Shown here in pieces: positions 1 to 9,902 of a stretch of 47,940 nt of DNA. A program made the translations under genes and the position numbers. The stretch's first letter is position 1. Every line of letters starts with the position of its first letter. Source of the stretch: Acidobacteriota bacterium (GTDB lineage Bacteria > Acidobacteriota > UBA6911 > JACQSX01); the NCBI GenBank assembly GCA_036507075.1, contig DASXQR010000222.1:1-47940 (forward strand). Direction: 5' to 3'. Below the pieces are notes generated by a model. The model did not search any database and was not told the origin of the DNA. It saw only the letters and a program-made list of their open reading frames with translations.

Positions 1-1778
1 GCCAGATTGTAGTGAGCTTCAGCCGAATTTGGATTAATGCGCGCAGCCTGCTGGAATTCTTCCAGGGCTTCCTGAATTCTTCCTGCGCCCGCAAGATCGA
101 TACCCATGTTGATGTGCGCTTCCACGTAGTCCGGGCGCATCCTGAGCGCTTCGCGGTAGTGCGACAGAGCTTCCGAAAGGGCCCCTTTTTGCGCCAAAGC
201 GATGGCCAGATTCTGATGAGCCTCCGGGTACTCGGGCTTCAGGCGCAGCGCTTGAAGGTACTGATCAATCGCCTGGTCCCACTCTCCCCGGCCTGCCAGG
301 ACCAATCCAAAATTGAAGTGGGCCTTCGGATGGTTCGGATTGAGTCTCAGGGCTTTCGTTAGATAAGGATAGGCTTCCAGCGGTTTTCCGGAATTCACCA
401 GTTCGATGCCGAGATTGATATAGGCGTCGGCAAAATCCGGCCGCGAGCGGATCGCCTCATGATAGTGGGAGATCGCTTCCAAAGGTCTGCCCTGCTCGGC
501 AAGAATCAGCCCGAGATTCGTGTGCGCTACGTAGTTATTCGGCGTCACTTCGATGGCGTGTTCAAAGAGGGTAACGCTGTTTCTCCAGTACCCAACCTGA
601 GCCCGCGTTGTTCCCGTCAGGAGACCAAGCACTGCCAGCACCGAGACGGCATACACCGGTCTTGAGGCGGGCAAAGCGGCCAGTACATCGTGCAAGGCCC
701 AGACAAGTGCGATGAACAAACCGATCGAGGGCAAATAAGTATAACGGTCAGCCAGAGCCTGGTCGCCGACCTGGATTATCCCGATCACCGGAACCAGCGT
801 CCCCAGATACCAGAACCACCCGACAGGCAGATAAGGTCGTCGCGCCGCAAGACAGATCACGGTGATGGTAATCGCGACAAGGAGCAAGGACGCGCCGGCC
901 GCCCTCCAGGCTTCGACAGGCTGCATGGGATAAAAGAAAGCCAGATCTTTCGGTTGAAAGATCTTCCCTAGATATCGAACGTAGCTGACAACCGCGTTTT
1001 CAAAGCGTGCCTGGAGGGGAAGCGCACTAAGGGGAGCTACTGCCATTCCGGCCCGCTGCGCCCTGAAGGTGATGATGCTCGAGACTAATGCGAGGCCAAG
1101 CAGGGGGAGTTTTTCAGCGACCTGGATCCACCCGGGTCGATTAAACCGCGCGCGCGCCGGTGTTTTCCCCGTTGTCCCCAGAGGCCAGCAATCGAGAAGA
1201 AGGAGCACGAATGGGAGTGTGACCAGCATTGGTTTGGCCATCAGACCCAGACTGAAAAGAACCAATATGCCGGCATAACGCAGCACGGTCCTGTTTCGCG
1301 CATAAGAGGCGTATGCCAGAAGAGTGAGGATGCCGAAAAACGCGCTCAACACGTCTTTACGTTCGGCGATCCATGCCACCGATTCCACGTGAATGGGATG
1401 CACGGCAAACAGGGCAGCGACGGTGCCGCTGCGCCACAGAGTGCCGGTAAGTCGCCACAGGGCCAGAAAGAGCAGCACGGAATTGGCCAGGTGAATCACA
1501 AGACTGGTCGTATGGTGTCCGCCCGCGTCCAATCCGTAGAAATAGCAGTCTGCCATGTGGGAGATCCATGTCAGGGGATGCCAGTTTGCGGAATGATACG
1601 AAGTAAACGCCCACGTCACGTTCCCCCAGTTCAAACCGGTCTGGACGCGCCGATTCTCGGTTACGTAATCGCCGTCGTCGAATCGCACAAAGTCGCTGGA
1701 CCGCACGTTCCAGTATGAATAGGCGGTCAGGAGCAATAGCGCCGCGCTGATCAGCAGCGCCCTGCTTCCGTGCGCCAT
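1..1778 (-). CDS. TMTC-like membrane glycosyltransferase (GT-C fold) with C-terminal TPR repeats; 3' end truncated by the window edge
   Basis: Manual minus-strand translation from ATG at 1778: MAHGSRALLISAALLLL...FVRFDDGDYVTENRRV...NWHPLTWISHM...HPIHVESVAWIAERKDVLSAFF, then WRNSVTLFEHAIEVTPNNYVAHTNLG and TPR-type repeats. Absent from the ORF track because it runs off the window; frame continuity was checked only in segments. Confidence 0.85.
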   Translation of the reverse strand, partial: MAHGSRALLISAALLLLTAYSYWNVRSSDFVRFDDGDYVTENRRVQTGLNWGNVTWAFTSYHSANWHPLTWISHMADCYFYGLDAGGHHTTSLVIHLANSVLLFLALWRLTGTLWRSGTVAALFAVHPIHVESVAWIAERKDVLSAFFGILTLLAYASYARNRTVLRYAGILVLFSLGLMAKPMLVTLPFVLLLLDCWPLGTTGKTPARARFNRPGWIQVAEKLPLLGLALVSSIITFRAQRAGMAVAPLSALPLQARFENAVVSYVRYLGKIFQPKDLAFFYPMQPVEAWRAAGASLLLVAITITVICLAARRPYLPVGWFWYLGTLVPVIGIIQVGDQALADRYTYLPSIGLFIALVWALHDVLAALPASRPVYAVSVLAVLGLLTGTTRAQVGYWRNSVTLFEHAIEVTPNNYVAHTNLGLILAEQGRPLEAISHYHEAIRSRPDFADAYINLGIELVNSGKPLEAYPYLTKALRLNPNHPKAHFNFGLVLAGRGEWDQAIDQYLQALRLKPEYPEAHQNLAIALAQKGALSEALSHYREALRMRPDYVEAHINMGIDLAGAGRIQEALEEFQQAARINPNSAEAHYNL

Positions 1779-1925
1779 GGAATGGTGAGAAGATTCAGGC
1801 GCCGCATGTTTCGATCCGGCAGCCTGGGGATGTTTTCTTCCGGAAGGGATTCGTCTCGAAGGAGGCATGCGGATAGAATATAGAATATTCGGAGAACTTG
1901 GATGAAATCACGTGCAGCCCCAGCG

Positions 1926-1950
1926 ATGACCAATGACCAATGACCAATAA
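1926..1950 (+). repeat. 7-bp tandem repeat (ATGACCA x3) overlapping the DinB start
   Basis: atgacca atgacca atgacca ataa read directly. Confidence 0.75.
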
Positions 1951-2425
1951 CTGGAACCATTCGCTTCGGACGCTTCTTGAAGGCCTACTCGACTGGCAGG
2001 ATGCGCACGCGAATTTTGACGCGGCGGTTGCCGGCGTGCCGCCGGAACTCCGCGGCGTCCGGCCCGCTGGACTGCCCTACTCGCTCTGGCAGCTCCTCGA
2101 ACACATGCGTTTGTGCCAGAAAGATATTCTTGATTTTTGCCGGAACCCCGACTACAAAGAACTGAAGATCGAGGAATACTGGCCGTCGTCGGATGCCCCG
2201 CCCAATGCCTCCGCGTGGGATAAAAGCGTCGCAGCTATTCGCAGCGACTTCAAGGCTCTCAAGGAAATCGCCCGTGATCCCAACCAGGACCTCTTTGCCA
2301 CGATCCCGCACGGCACGGGCCAAACATACCTGCGCGAACTGTTGCTGGTTGCCGATCATAATGCGTACCACCTGGGCCAGTTTGTAATCCTTCGACGGCT
2401 GCTTGGCATCTGGAAACCGGCTTAG
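1940..2425 (+). CDS. DinB/YfiT family protein
   Basis: AHANFD...YSLWQLLEHMR...TYLRELLLVADHNAYHLGQ: conserved His pattern of the DinB superfamily. Confidence 0.85.
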   Translation: MTNNWNHSLRTLLEGLLDWQDAHANFDAAVAGVPPELRGVRPAGLPYSLWQLLEHMRLCQKDILDFCRNPDYKELKIEEYWPSSDAPPNASAWDKSVAAIRSDFKALKEIARDPNQDLFATIPHGTGQTYLRELLLVADHNAYHLGQFVILRRLLGIWKPA

Positions 2426-2466
2426 CCAAGCACTGCCAAACCGGCGGTCTCTTCGACATTTTCACG

Positions 2467-2521
2467 CGTAGCGACGCGGCATGCCTCGTCAGAGTCAGAC
2501 GCGACATGTCGCGTCGCTACG
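2467..2521. repeat. GTAG-type REP doublet (inverted pair)
   Basis: cGTAGcgacgcggcatg ... catgtcgcgtcgCTACg forms an imperfect inverted repeat beginning with GTAG. Confidence 0.65.
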
Positions 2522-2639
2522 GTATCGAATCAAGCGTTACAGTGCACTGGCGTGTGTCCCCGCAGCAAAATCCTCCGCAAATCCTGATTTCAAAGGTAAA
2601 TTTTGCAGAAGAGATTCCCCGTCCACGTCGCGAGCTCAT

Positions 2640-2655
2640 TGGCACGTCCTTTGCT
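2640..2655 (+). promoter_or_regulatory. sigma-54 (-24/-12) promoter candidate
   Basis: TGGCACG-TCCT-TTGCT is an exact match to TGGCACG-N4-TTGCW, about 30 nt upstream of an RBS and ATG. Confidence 0.65.
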
Positions 2656-2684
2656 TTGAAGATCCGCGTAAGAGAGGTAGCCCC

Positions 2685-2825
2685 ATGTTTCTGGCATTGT
2701 TTTTTTCGCTGGCCCTGAACTTTTTCATCGGGGGGGACATACAGAACCGGTCAGCCACGGAAGGGATTCAGAAGCTGAAGATCGTTTGTCCTTCCAGCCA
2801 GCAAAGCTGGGATTCAGTAGATTAG
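2685..2825 (+). CDS. small 46-aa protein with hydrophobic N-terminus (hypothetical)
   Basis: AGAGAGGT RBS, then ATG at 2685: MFLALFFSLALNFFIGGDIQNRSATEGIQKLKIVCPSSQQSWDSVD; lies downstream of the sigma-54 motif. Confidence 0.45.
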   Translation: MFLALFFSLALNFFIGGDIQNRSATEGIQKLKIVCPSSQQSWDSVD

Positions 2826-5800
2826 AAGCTGTACTTCAGCGCCAGTTGAATTTCCCGCTCGCCCGTGGCCGCCGAGATTTGGCCGGCCGAACTCACGGTA
2901 ATGTTGGTTCCCGGATTGAGAAACTTAGGCGTGTTGGTTGCGTTGAAGAATTCGGCTCGAAACTGGAGCTTGTGGCCCTCACTGATTATGAAGTTTTTGT
3001 GCAGGCCTAAATCGACCCTTCTCAGCGCTGGCCCGCTCAAGATGTTGCGACCCGACGTGCCGAACTTGAATCGATCAGGCACCGCAAATGCTCCCGGATC
3101 AAACCAGCGTTGGATGGTCGGCTTGCTCAGTCGCCCATCGGCAAGCCGGTTCGGCCGATTACTTCCACCCACGTTGGCCGGATCGGCAGGCACAGTTGGC
3201 GTGAAGGGAAAGCCTGAGCGAAGCGTTGCGATGCCCACCAGTTGCCAGCCTCCCAGAAGCGCATTCAGCGGAACGCTCCAGTTGCCGCCGGATTTCCGGT
3301 TTCGCCCGAACGGTAACTGATAAGAGAAATTGGCCGTCAGCCTGTGCCGGGCGTCAAAGTTGGTGCGTCCTCGATCGTAACGGTGATCGCGGATGTTCTG
3401 GTAGCCGGAAGCGAATTCGTCGCCTTCCGAAAGGGCTTTTGACAGAGTGTAAGCGAGACGGTAAGTCAGCCCGTGCGACAGCCGCTTTTCAAGCTTTGTC
3501 TGGAGCGAATGATAAATGCTGTTGCCGATGGAAGAGAAGAGCAGGATCGAAGAGAACACCTGCGGGTACGGCCGGCGGGGCTGAATCGTTCCCTGTCCCG
3601 GAGTAGGCTGGTTGATGTTGGGCGTCATGGGAAGCGCCAGGCCGTGTGTGCCGACATAACCGACTTCCAGCGCCAGGTCTCCCTGAATCAAGTACTGCAT
3701 CGACAAACTGAAGTGCTGCGTGTACGCGTCGCGCCAGTCCGGGGTGACGCCGTTGGCGGTGGGGAAGAGCTGTTCGGTTCCTCCGGCCAGAGTGGTGGTG
3801 ACATTGAGCGTGGGACGCGTCGGGTCGGAAGTGGTCGTAAGGTTCACCTGATAAGGGGGATTCCGACCCAGATTATTTTGCGTGTTGAGAGTTTGGCTGC
3901 TGGAGAAAATTCCATATCCGCCGCGCAGCACGAATCGGCTGAAGGGTCGGTAAGCAAATCCAACCCTCGGTCCGAAATTATTCCAGTCCGTTTGAAAGCC
4001 GCCTCGTGGAATTCCTTCGGTGCCCGCTTGGATCAGTCGCGCCCGAACCGGGTCAAATACCGCCTTGCGGTCACGAATTTCCCTGGGCGGTTGAAAGAGA
4101 TCCCATCGCAAGCCCAAATTGAGTGTCAGCCTGGAGGCGACTCCCCAGTCATCCTGCACAAACCCGGAGGACCACCAGGCGCGGTCGCGCACGTAATCTT
4201 CCACTTTGGTGACGTTGGCAGTGTCGGGATATCCGAGGAGAAAATCGGTGATGCCGTCGCCGCTGAAACGGCCGCTGAAGTTGAAATTTCCACCCAGGTT
4301 GGGCGGGAAAAAACCGTCCAGCCGGATGTGGCGGATGTCAAACCCGGTCTTGATGGTGTGATTGCGGCGCACCAGCGAAAATGTGTCCGCCCACTGAAGA
4401 TTCTCCACCACTCTCAAGTTGGGGAGAAACGACGCCGACCCGTAGCTGGTCCAGCCGGAGATGGTAAACCGCGGAAAGAGGAAATCCCGGGGTGTGTCGG
4501 GTGGGCCCGCGATTCCCAGTTCTCTGGCCCAGTTTCGATCGGAGTACAGGGTGAAGCGATCCACATGATTGCGGTTGTAGCCGAAGCGAAATTCGTTGAT
4601 TGTCCTGGGAGACACGGTCCGCGAGTAGCTGATGGCCATGTTGACCACTCGTTCAAAACTTTCTTCCCCGCTGCTGCTCAGCGCTGCGTCGCCGATGGCG
4701 GGCGTGGGAAAGACTCCGGGCAGAAGGCGATTCTGGTCCCAGGTGGAAACGCGAACAAAGACACTGTCCGAATCGGTGACACGATGATCGAGTCGAATCG
4801 TGTACTGATCCCGGTCTTCTTTCACTTTTTGGAATGAGGAAAAGTTTATGCTCCCCTGACGTTCGCTCAAATTAGGCAGCGGCACAAACTGAAGGACCTT
4901 CTGAGTGGCCGGATCGAGGCGATTAGGTGGAATGATTTTGCCCGGGAAGGCCGCACCTGTCAGTGGGTCTCTGATCGTTTTCGACACCTCCGTCAGATCG
5001 CCGCGCCGCATCCTTTCCGTGGGCACCAGGCCGCGCCGCAGATTTCCCCTTCTGCTTCTCAGGCCCTGATATTCAAAAAAACCGAACATCTTGTTTTTCA
5101 CGACTGGAAATCCGAACGTGCCGCCAAACTGGTTGTAGACAAAAGGCTCCTTGCGGTTCTCAGTATCAAAGAAATTCCGCGCGTTCAGGACGCTGTTGCG
5201 GTGAAAGTCAAACAACGTGCCGTGGTACCTGTTCGTTCCCGATTTTGTCGCCACGTTGATCTGCGCCCCGGCGGTGCGTCCGAATTCCGCGTCATAAAGA
5301 TTGGTGAGCACCTTGAACTCCCGAATGGCGTCGACATTGGGCCGCAGGGTAAAAAAGTTGTTCAGGTTGTCATTGGCGTCCACTCCGTCGACCGAGTAGC
5401 TGTTCTCGGCAGTGCGCAAGCCATTGACACTGACAGCCGCGCCCGTGCGCTCATCCTGCCGGCTTCCTTCCCCTTCCATACTGCCGGGAACAAGCAGCGC
5501 CAGTTGCAGAAAGTTTCGTCCGTTCAGTGGCAGCTCGGATACCTGCTTTTCGTCGATCACCTCGCCTACCGTGGAGGTGTCAGTTTCAAGCAGCGGTGTC
5601 AGGCTGGTCACCTGAACCTGGTCGCTGATTTCACCCACCTCCAGCTTAAAGTCCACGCGCGCCCTTTGATTGACCTGCAGCTCGATGGTTTCGGCGACCG
5701 CGGTCTTAAACCCCGCCAGCGCGGCAGAGACCCGATACATTCCCACCGGTAACTGTGGAATGGAGTAGTAGCCCGAATCATTGGTTGTGGCATGGCGGAG

Positions 5801-6019
5801 CAACCCGGTCTGAGAATGCTGCACCGAGATTTCCACTCCCGGGATCACGGCGCCCGAGACATCTGTCACGCTGCCCAGAATTGAACCGGACGTCAGACTC
5901 ACCTGAGAGAAAGCAGGGCAGGTGGCAAGGCCCACCAGGAACACACACAGGAAGGCTCTGATCGACACAGGAAAGGCTTCGGCCTGAAAAGAGATAGGAG
6001 TAGCGCCTCGAACGTTCAT
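2822..6019 (-). CDS. TonB-dependent receptor (Oar-like, N-terminal carboxypeptidase-regulatory-like domain)
   Basis: GSILGSVTDVSGAVIPG, LPLNGRNFLQLALLVPG, FVQDDW, NNFGPRVGFAY, C-terminal REIQLALKYSF. Start moved to ATG 6019 because the upstream ORF extension runs through a repeat. Confidence 0.9.
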   Translation of the reverse strand: MNVRGATPISFQAEAFPVSIRAFLCVFLVGLATCPAFSQVSLTSGSILGSVTDVSGAVIPGVEISVQHSQTGLLRHATTNDSGYYSIPQLPVGMYRVSAALAGFKTAVAETIELQVNQRARVDFKLEVGEISDQVQVTSLTPLLETDTSTVGEVIDEKQVSELPLNGRNFLQLALLVPGSMEGEGSRQDERTGAAVSVNGLRTAENSYSVDGVDANDNLNNFFTLRPNVDAIREFKVLTNLYDAEFGRTAGAQINVATKSGTNRYHGTLFDFHRNSVLNARNFFDTENRKEPFVYNQFGGTFGFPVVKNKMFGFFEYQGLRSRRGNLRRGLVPTERMRRGDLTEVSKTIRDPLTGAAFPGKIIPPNRLDPATQKVLQFVPLPNLSERQGSINFSSFQKVKEDRDQYTIRLDHRVTDSDSVFVRVSTWDQNRLLPGVFPTPAIGDAALSSSGEESFERVVNMAISYSRTVSPRTINEFRFGYNRNHVDRFTLYSDRNWARELGIAGPPDTPRDFLFPRFTISGWTSYGSASFLPNLRVVENLQWADTFSLVRRNHTIKTGFDIRHIRLDGFFPPNLGGNFNFSGRFSGDGITDFLLGYPDTANVTKVEDYVRDRAWWSSGFVQDDWGVASRLTLNLGLRWDLFQPPREIRDRKAVFDPVRARLIQAGTEGIPRGGFQTDWNNFGPRVGFAYRPFSRFVLRGGYGIFSSSQTLNTQNNLGRNPPYQVNLTTTSDPTRPTLNVTTTLAGGTEQLFPTANGVTPDWRDAYTQHFSLSMQYLIQGDLALEVGYVGTHGLALPMTPNINQPTPGQGTIQPRRPYPQVFSSILLFSSIGNSIYHSLQTKLEKRLSHGLTYRLAYTLSKALSEGDEFASGYQNIRDHRYDRGRTNFDARHRLTANFSYQLPFGRNRKSGGNWSVPLNALLGGWQLVGIATLRSGFPFTPTVPADPANVGGSNRPNRLADGRLSKPTIQRWFDPGAFAVPDRFKFGTSGRNILSGPALRRVDLGLHKNFIISEGHKLQFRAEFFNATNTPKFLNPGTNITVSSAGQISAATGEREIQLALKYSF

Positions 6020-6148
6020 GTGATCGTGGGTTGTATTGCTGTATGTTAATGCTTTTCGCAGCCCTGTGAAAAAAAAATCAAAAGAGGTGCGCCGCTCCTT
6101 TCCGGGCGTGTTGCCCAAATCGGAACGAATGGAAACGGCTGCATTATG

Positions 6149-6239
6149 TTCACCGCAGAGCCGCCGAGAACGCCAAGTTTTGCTGAGGTTGTGATGAAAC
6201 TCTGCGGAAACTCGGCGTTCTTTGCGGCTCTGCGGTGAA
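6149..6239. repeat. REP-like inverted repeat with about 9-bp periodicity
   Basis: ttcaccgcagagccgccgagaacgcc ... ggcgttctttgcggctctgcggtgaa. Confidence 0.7.
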
Positions 6240-6402
6240 TGCAACGCGTTCGTCTACGGCGGGCTTCGATTTGGGCGACACGCCCTTCCGGTTGCGGTCT
6301 GTGGGCGCATGGCGCGGTCGCGGTACTGACTGTGCTCCCTGCAGGCGTATGATGATGGCAGACCCGACGTTTGGATAGACGGCCCGCAAGGGAGGAACAC
6401 GC

Positions 6403-8559
6403 ATGTTTCGACGCGTCGTGCGGTTTGTAGGTTTGACTTTGCTGCTTGTGACGATCCTTGCCGCTCCGGCTGGAGGCCAGGATGAGGATTTATCGGTGGT
6501 CAAAGGCTGGGTCGAATGGTCCGGCTCGACGAATCAACTGCAGCGGCATCTGAACAAAATCGCATTTCAATTGCTGGACCGGCGAAGGGACTCCATAAAG
6601 AGACTAAGCACCGCAACAGATTGGAAGCTGCGCCAAGCTGAAGTAAGAAAGGTTTTGGAAAGCACTGTAGGGCCATTTCCCGAAAAGACTCCGCTGAACC
6701 CGAGAACGCTCGGCGTGGTGAGGAAGGATGGATACCGGATTGAAAAAATCGTATTTGAGTCCGTTCCCGGCTTCTATGTTACTTCCTGTCTCTTTATTCC
6801 TGATCGCCTTGAAGCCAAAGCGCCGGCCATTCTGAATGTGATCGGACATACGGACATCGCTTTTCGAGCTCCCATGTACCAGGAGCTGATCTTGAATCTG
6901 GTCAAAAAAGGCTTCATTATTTTGGCCATGGACCCGGTCGGGCAGGGAGAGCGGCTGCAGTACTACGATCCTTCCGTGAAGCGCTCCACCGTGGGCGGGC
7001 CGACCACCGAGCATACTTACTTTGGCCGCCAGTGCTTTGTCAGTGGAAGCTCAGCGGCGCGTTACTTTGTCTGGGACGGAATGCGCGCCATCGATTATCT
7101 GGTGTCCCGGCCCGAGGTCGATCCCATTCGCATCGGGGTGACAGGCATTTCCGGAGGAGGAACCCAAACCAGCTACATTGCCGCTCTGGACGACCGGATC
7201 GTCGCTGCCGCACCCACCTGCTATATCACCAGCTTCCGGCGCTTGTTTGAGTCCATCGGGCCGCAGGATGCCGAGCAGAATCTCAACAGCGGCGTGTTTC
7301 GCGGCATCGATCACGCTGATTTTCTGGAAGTCCGAGCGCCTAAGCCGACACTGGTGGTTGCCACCACGCGGGACTTCTTCAGCATCCAAGGCAGTCGCGA
7401 AACGGTGACGGAAGCAAAGGCGGCCTTCCGGGCTCTGGGAGCCCCCGGCAATCTGGAAATGGTGGAGGATGACTTCGGACACGGATATACCAGAAAGACG
7501 CGCGAGGCAATCTGTGCCTTTTTCCAAAAATCCCTGAACAATCCGGGAAGTGCCGGTGAGGTTTCAGTCGCCCTCGCCCCGCCCGATGATTTGCGCGTGA
7601 CATCCACCGGCCAGGTGGGCGATTCGCTGGGGGGTGAAACGGTCTTTTCCTTGAATCGAAGGGAAGCATTAAAACTATTCGAGAAACTTGATACCTCGCG
7701 CAAAGAGCCTGCTGCTCACTTAAGCCGCGTCAGGTCGGCTGCAAGACAGATATCCGGCTACCGCGAGCCTGAAGCGCTTTCCGGACATGTCTTTCGCGGC
7801 AGGCATCAGAGACCCGGCTACGCAGTTGAGATGCACGTGATACGCGGTGAAGGCGAAACCATCGTGCCCTTTCTTTTGATGATTCCCGACGCCAAGGCCA
7901 GTTATCCCGCGTTGATTTACCTTCATCCCGGAGGCAAGTCCGAAGGCGCGGCCGCGGGCGGTGAGATGGAGCAGTTTGCGAAGCTCGGTTATGCCGTGCT
8001 TGCGCCCGACCTTGCGGCTACGGGCGAACTGGGCAGCGCCAATGATTCCGTCTCATTCCTTGGAATGCACACCGGCCGCAGCATTGCAGGCTTGCGTGCT
8101 GCCGACATTATTCGGTGCGTGCGGTACTTGAGGAGCCGCCAGGAGATAGATTCGAGTGAAATAGTCGCCGTCTCGCGCGGCGGCATGGCGATTCCGCTTC
8201 TTCACGCGGCCGCATTTGATGAATCCATCCGCAGGATCGCTCTGATCGAGCCGCTGATTTCCTTTAGATCAGTCGTCTTGAATCGGTATTACAAAGGGAA
8301 CTTTGCCGACATGGTGGCGAATGCGCTGACCGCATATGACCTGCCTGACTTGGAAGCTGCCCTTGCTCCGCGCAGGCTGCTGATCGTCAACATGCGGGAT
8401 CAGTTATCCTCGCGAGCCGACCGATCTTCGGTAGATCAAGAATTGCAAGTCGTCCGCTCGGCTTATGCGCGGCAGAACGCCGGCCAAAATGTGCAGATTC
8501 GAGACTGGGAAGATTCCCAAGGTCTGGGAGCAGTGTTATCCCAGTGGCTGGGGAAATAG
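6403..8559 (+). CDS. secreted two-domain alpha/beta hydrolase (acetyl xylan esterase-like)
   Basis: Signal peptide; RIGVTGISGGGTQT nucleophile elbow; DPVGQGER; second alpha/beta domain appears degenerate (AVSRGG). Confidence 0.8.
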   Translation: MFRRVVRFVGLTLLLVTILAAPAGGQDEDLSVVKGWVEWSGSTNQLQRHLNKIAFQLLDRRRDSIKRLSTATDWKLRQAEVRKVLESTVGPFPEKTPLNPRTLGVVRKDGYRIEKIVFESVPGFYVTSCLFIPDRLEAKAPAILNVIGHTDIAFRAPMYQELILNLVKKGFIILAMDPVGQGERLQYYDPSVKRSTVGGPTTEHTYFGRQCFVSGSSAARYFVWDGMRAIDYLVSRPEVDPIRIGVTGISGGGTQTSYIAALDDRIVAAAPTCYITSFRRLFESIGPQDAEQNLNSGVFRGIDHADFLEVRAPKPTLVVATTRDFFSIQGSRETVTEAKAAFRALGAPGNLEMVEDDFGHGYTRKTREAICAFFQKSLNNPGSAGEVSVALAPPDDLRVTSTGQVGDSLGGETVFSLNRREALKLFEKLDTSRKEPAAHLSRVRSAARQISGYREPEALSGHVFRGRHQRPGYAVEMHVIRGEGETIVPFLLMIPDAKASYPALIYLHPGGKSEGAAAGGEMEQFAKLGYAVLAPDLAATGELGSANDSVSFLGMHTGRSIAGLRAADIIRCVRYLRSRQEIDSSEIVAVSRGGMAIPLLHAAAFDESIRRIALIEPLISFRSVVLNRYYKGNFADMVANALTAYDLPDLEAALAPRRLLIVNMRDQLSSRADRSSVDQELQVVRSAYARQNAGQNVQIRDWEDSQGLGAVLSQWLGK

Positions 8560-8566
8560 CAAGCGT

Positions 8567-8647
8567 GAGCGGAGAGACGGCCCGAGGGCCGTCTCCGGGA
8601 ATTTTGCATTTGTGAGGAGAGACGGCCTGAGGGCCGTCTCTCCGCTC
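8567..8647. repeat. double-hairpin palindromic repeat
   Basis: ggagagacggcccgagggccgtctcc and ggagagacggcctgagggccgtctctcc, enclosed by gagc...gctc. Confidence 0.75.
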
Positions 8648-8664
8648 CCAGAAGGAGGCGAACT

Positions 8665-9895
8665 ATGACGAGCACAATGAATCGACGATCCTTTCTCAGC
8701 CAGGCCGGTTTGGCTGCAGGCGTGGCAGCGGCCACCGCACGGTCCTACACCAGAGTCCTCGGCGCCAATGACCGAATTTCGCTGGGTCACATTGGAGTAG
8801 GGAACCGAGGTCGGGGTCTGGCGCGCATTGCCGCCCAACTCAAGCAGAGCACCGCCTCGGGCCTTCCAAAACATGGAGGATCTGCTGGCGCTCAAGGACG
8901 TGGATGCCGTGCTGATCTCCACGGCTGATTTCCAGCACTCGCCGCATCTCAAAATGGCCGCTGAAGCTGGAAAACACGTCTACTGCGAAAAACCGATGGC
9001 AAATGACCTGGACGAGGCCAAGGCGGCGCGGGATGCCGTGCTCAAGCGCAATCTGATAGTGCAGATCGGAACGCAACATCGCAGTGAACCTTATCAGATC
9101 GCCGTCCGGGATTTCATTCGCACCGGCGCCCTAGGTGATGTGAGCAAGGTGGAGATCGTGTGGAACTATCACGGGCCACGCTGGCGCGGCCGCCCTGAAG
9201 TGAAGCAGATTCGCGAACAGGACACCGACTGGAAACGCTGGCTGCTCACCAAACAATACAGGCCATTCGATCCGCAGCAGTATTTTGAATTCCGGCTATA
9301 TCGCGATTTCTCCAGCGGGATTGCAGACCAGTGGATGAGTCATGGAATTGATCTGGTCCACTATTTCCTGGACGACTCCTATCCCAAATCGGTTGTTGCG
9401 CACGGCGGAATTTTTGCATGGAAAGATGGACGGCAAAACCCCGACACTTTCCAGGCACTGCTGGAATACCCGCGCGGCTTTCTGGTGAGCTACTCGACGA
9501 GCTTTGGAAACGACAGCGACAGTTTCAGTCGCATCATGGGAAAGTCGGCGACCTTGATCAACCTCGGCGGAGAAGGAAGTCCTCGTTGGAAATGGGTAGA
9601 GGAAAAGGGGACCCATGAAAGCGAACCCGATGTTAAACGCGCGGAGAAATACATAACGCTGCCCAGCGATGAATCTCTAGCTCCGACGTCCATTAGCGAT
9701 GATGACCTCTCCCACATGTCCAACTGGATTGATTGCCTGCGCTCCAGGAAACAGCCGAACGCCACGGTTCAGAATGGCTTCGCGCATTCAGTGGCGGTGA
9801 TCATGGCAGCCCGGGCGTACCGCGAAGGAAAAAAACTGTACTGGGAGCCCAAAACGGAGTCGATCGTGGATCACCCGCCGTCGAGCCAGCCGTGA
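8665..9895 (+). pseudogene. Tat-exported Gfo/Idh/MocA oxidoreductase, frameshifted with an apparent internal deletion near 8850
   Basis: First frame gives NRRSFL (Tat) and RISLGHIGVGNRG. Second frame continues RAFQNMEDLL..DVDAVLISTADFQH..HVYCEKPM. The segment usually found between them (the VCD strand) is missing. Confidence 0.75.
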
Positions 9896-9902
9896 GCGCA
9901 GC

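Noticed and set aside
3473..4837. 454-aa plus-strand ORF
   Set aside because: Antisense shadow of the TonB receptor with no recognisable motifs.
6020..6244. N-terminal extension of the TonB receptor ORF (similar extensions on radical SAM, mog, nfeD, moaD and the nucleotidyltransferase)
   Set aside because: They run through repeats or neighbouring genes; downstream starts fit signal peptides, RBS and family N-termini better.
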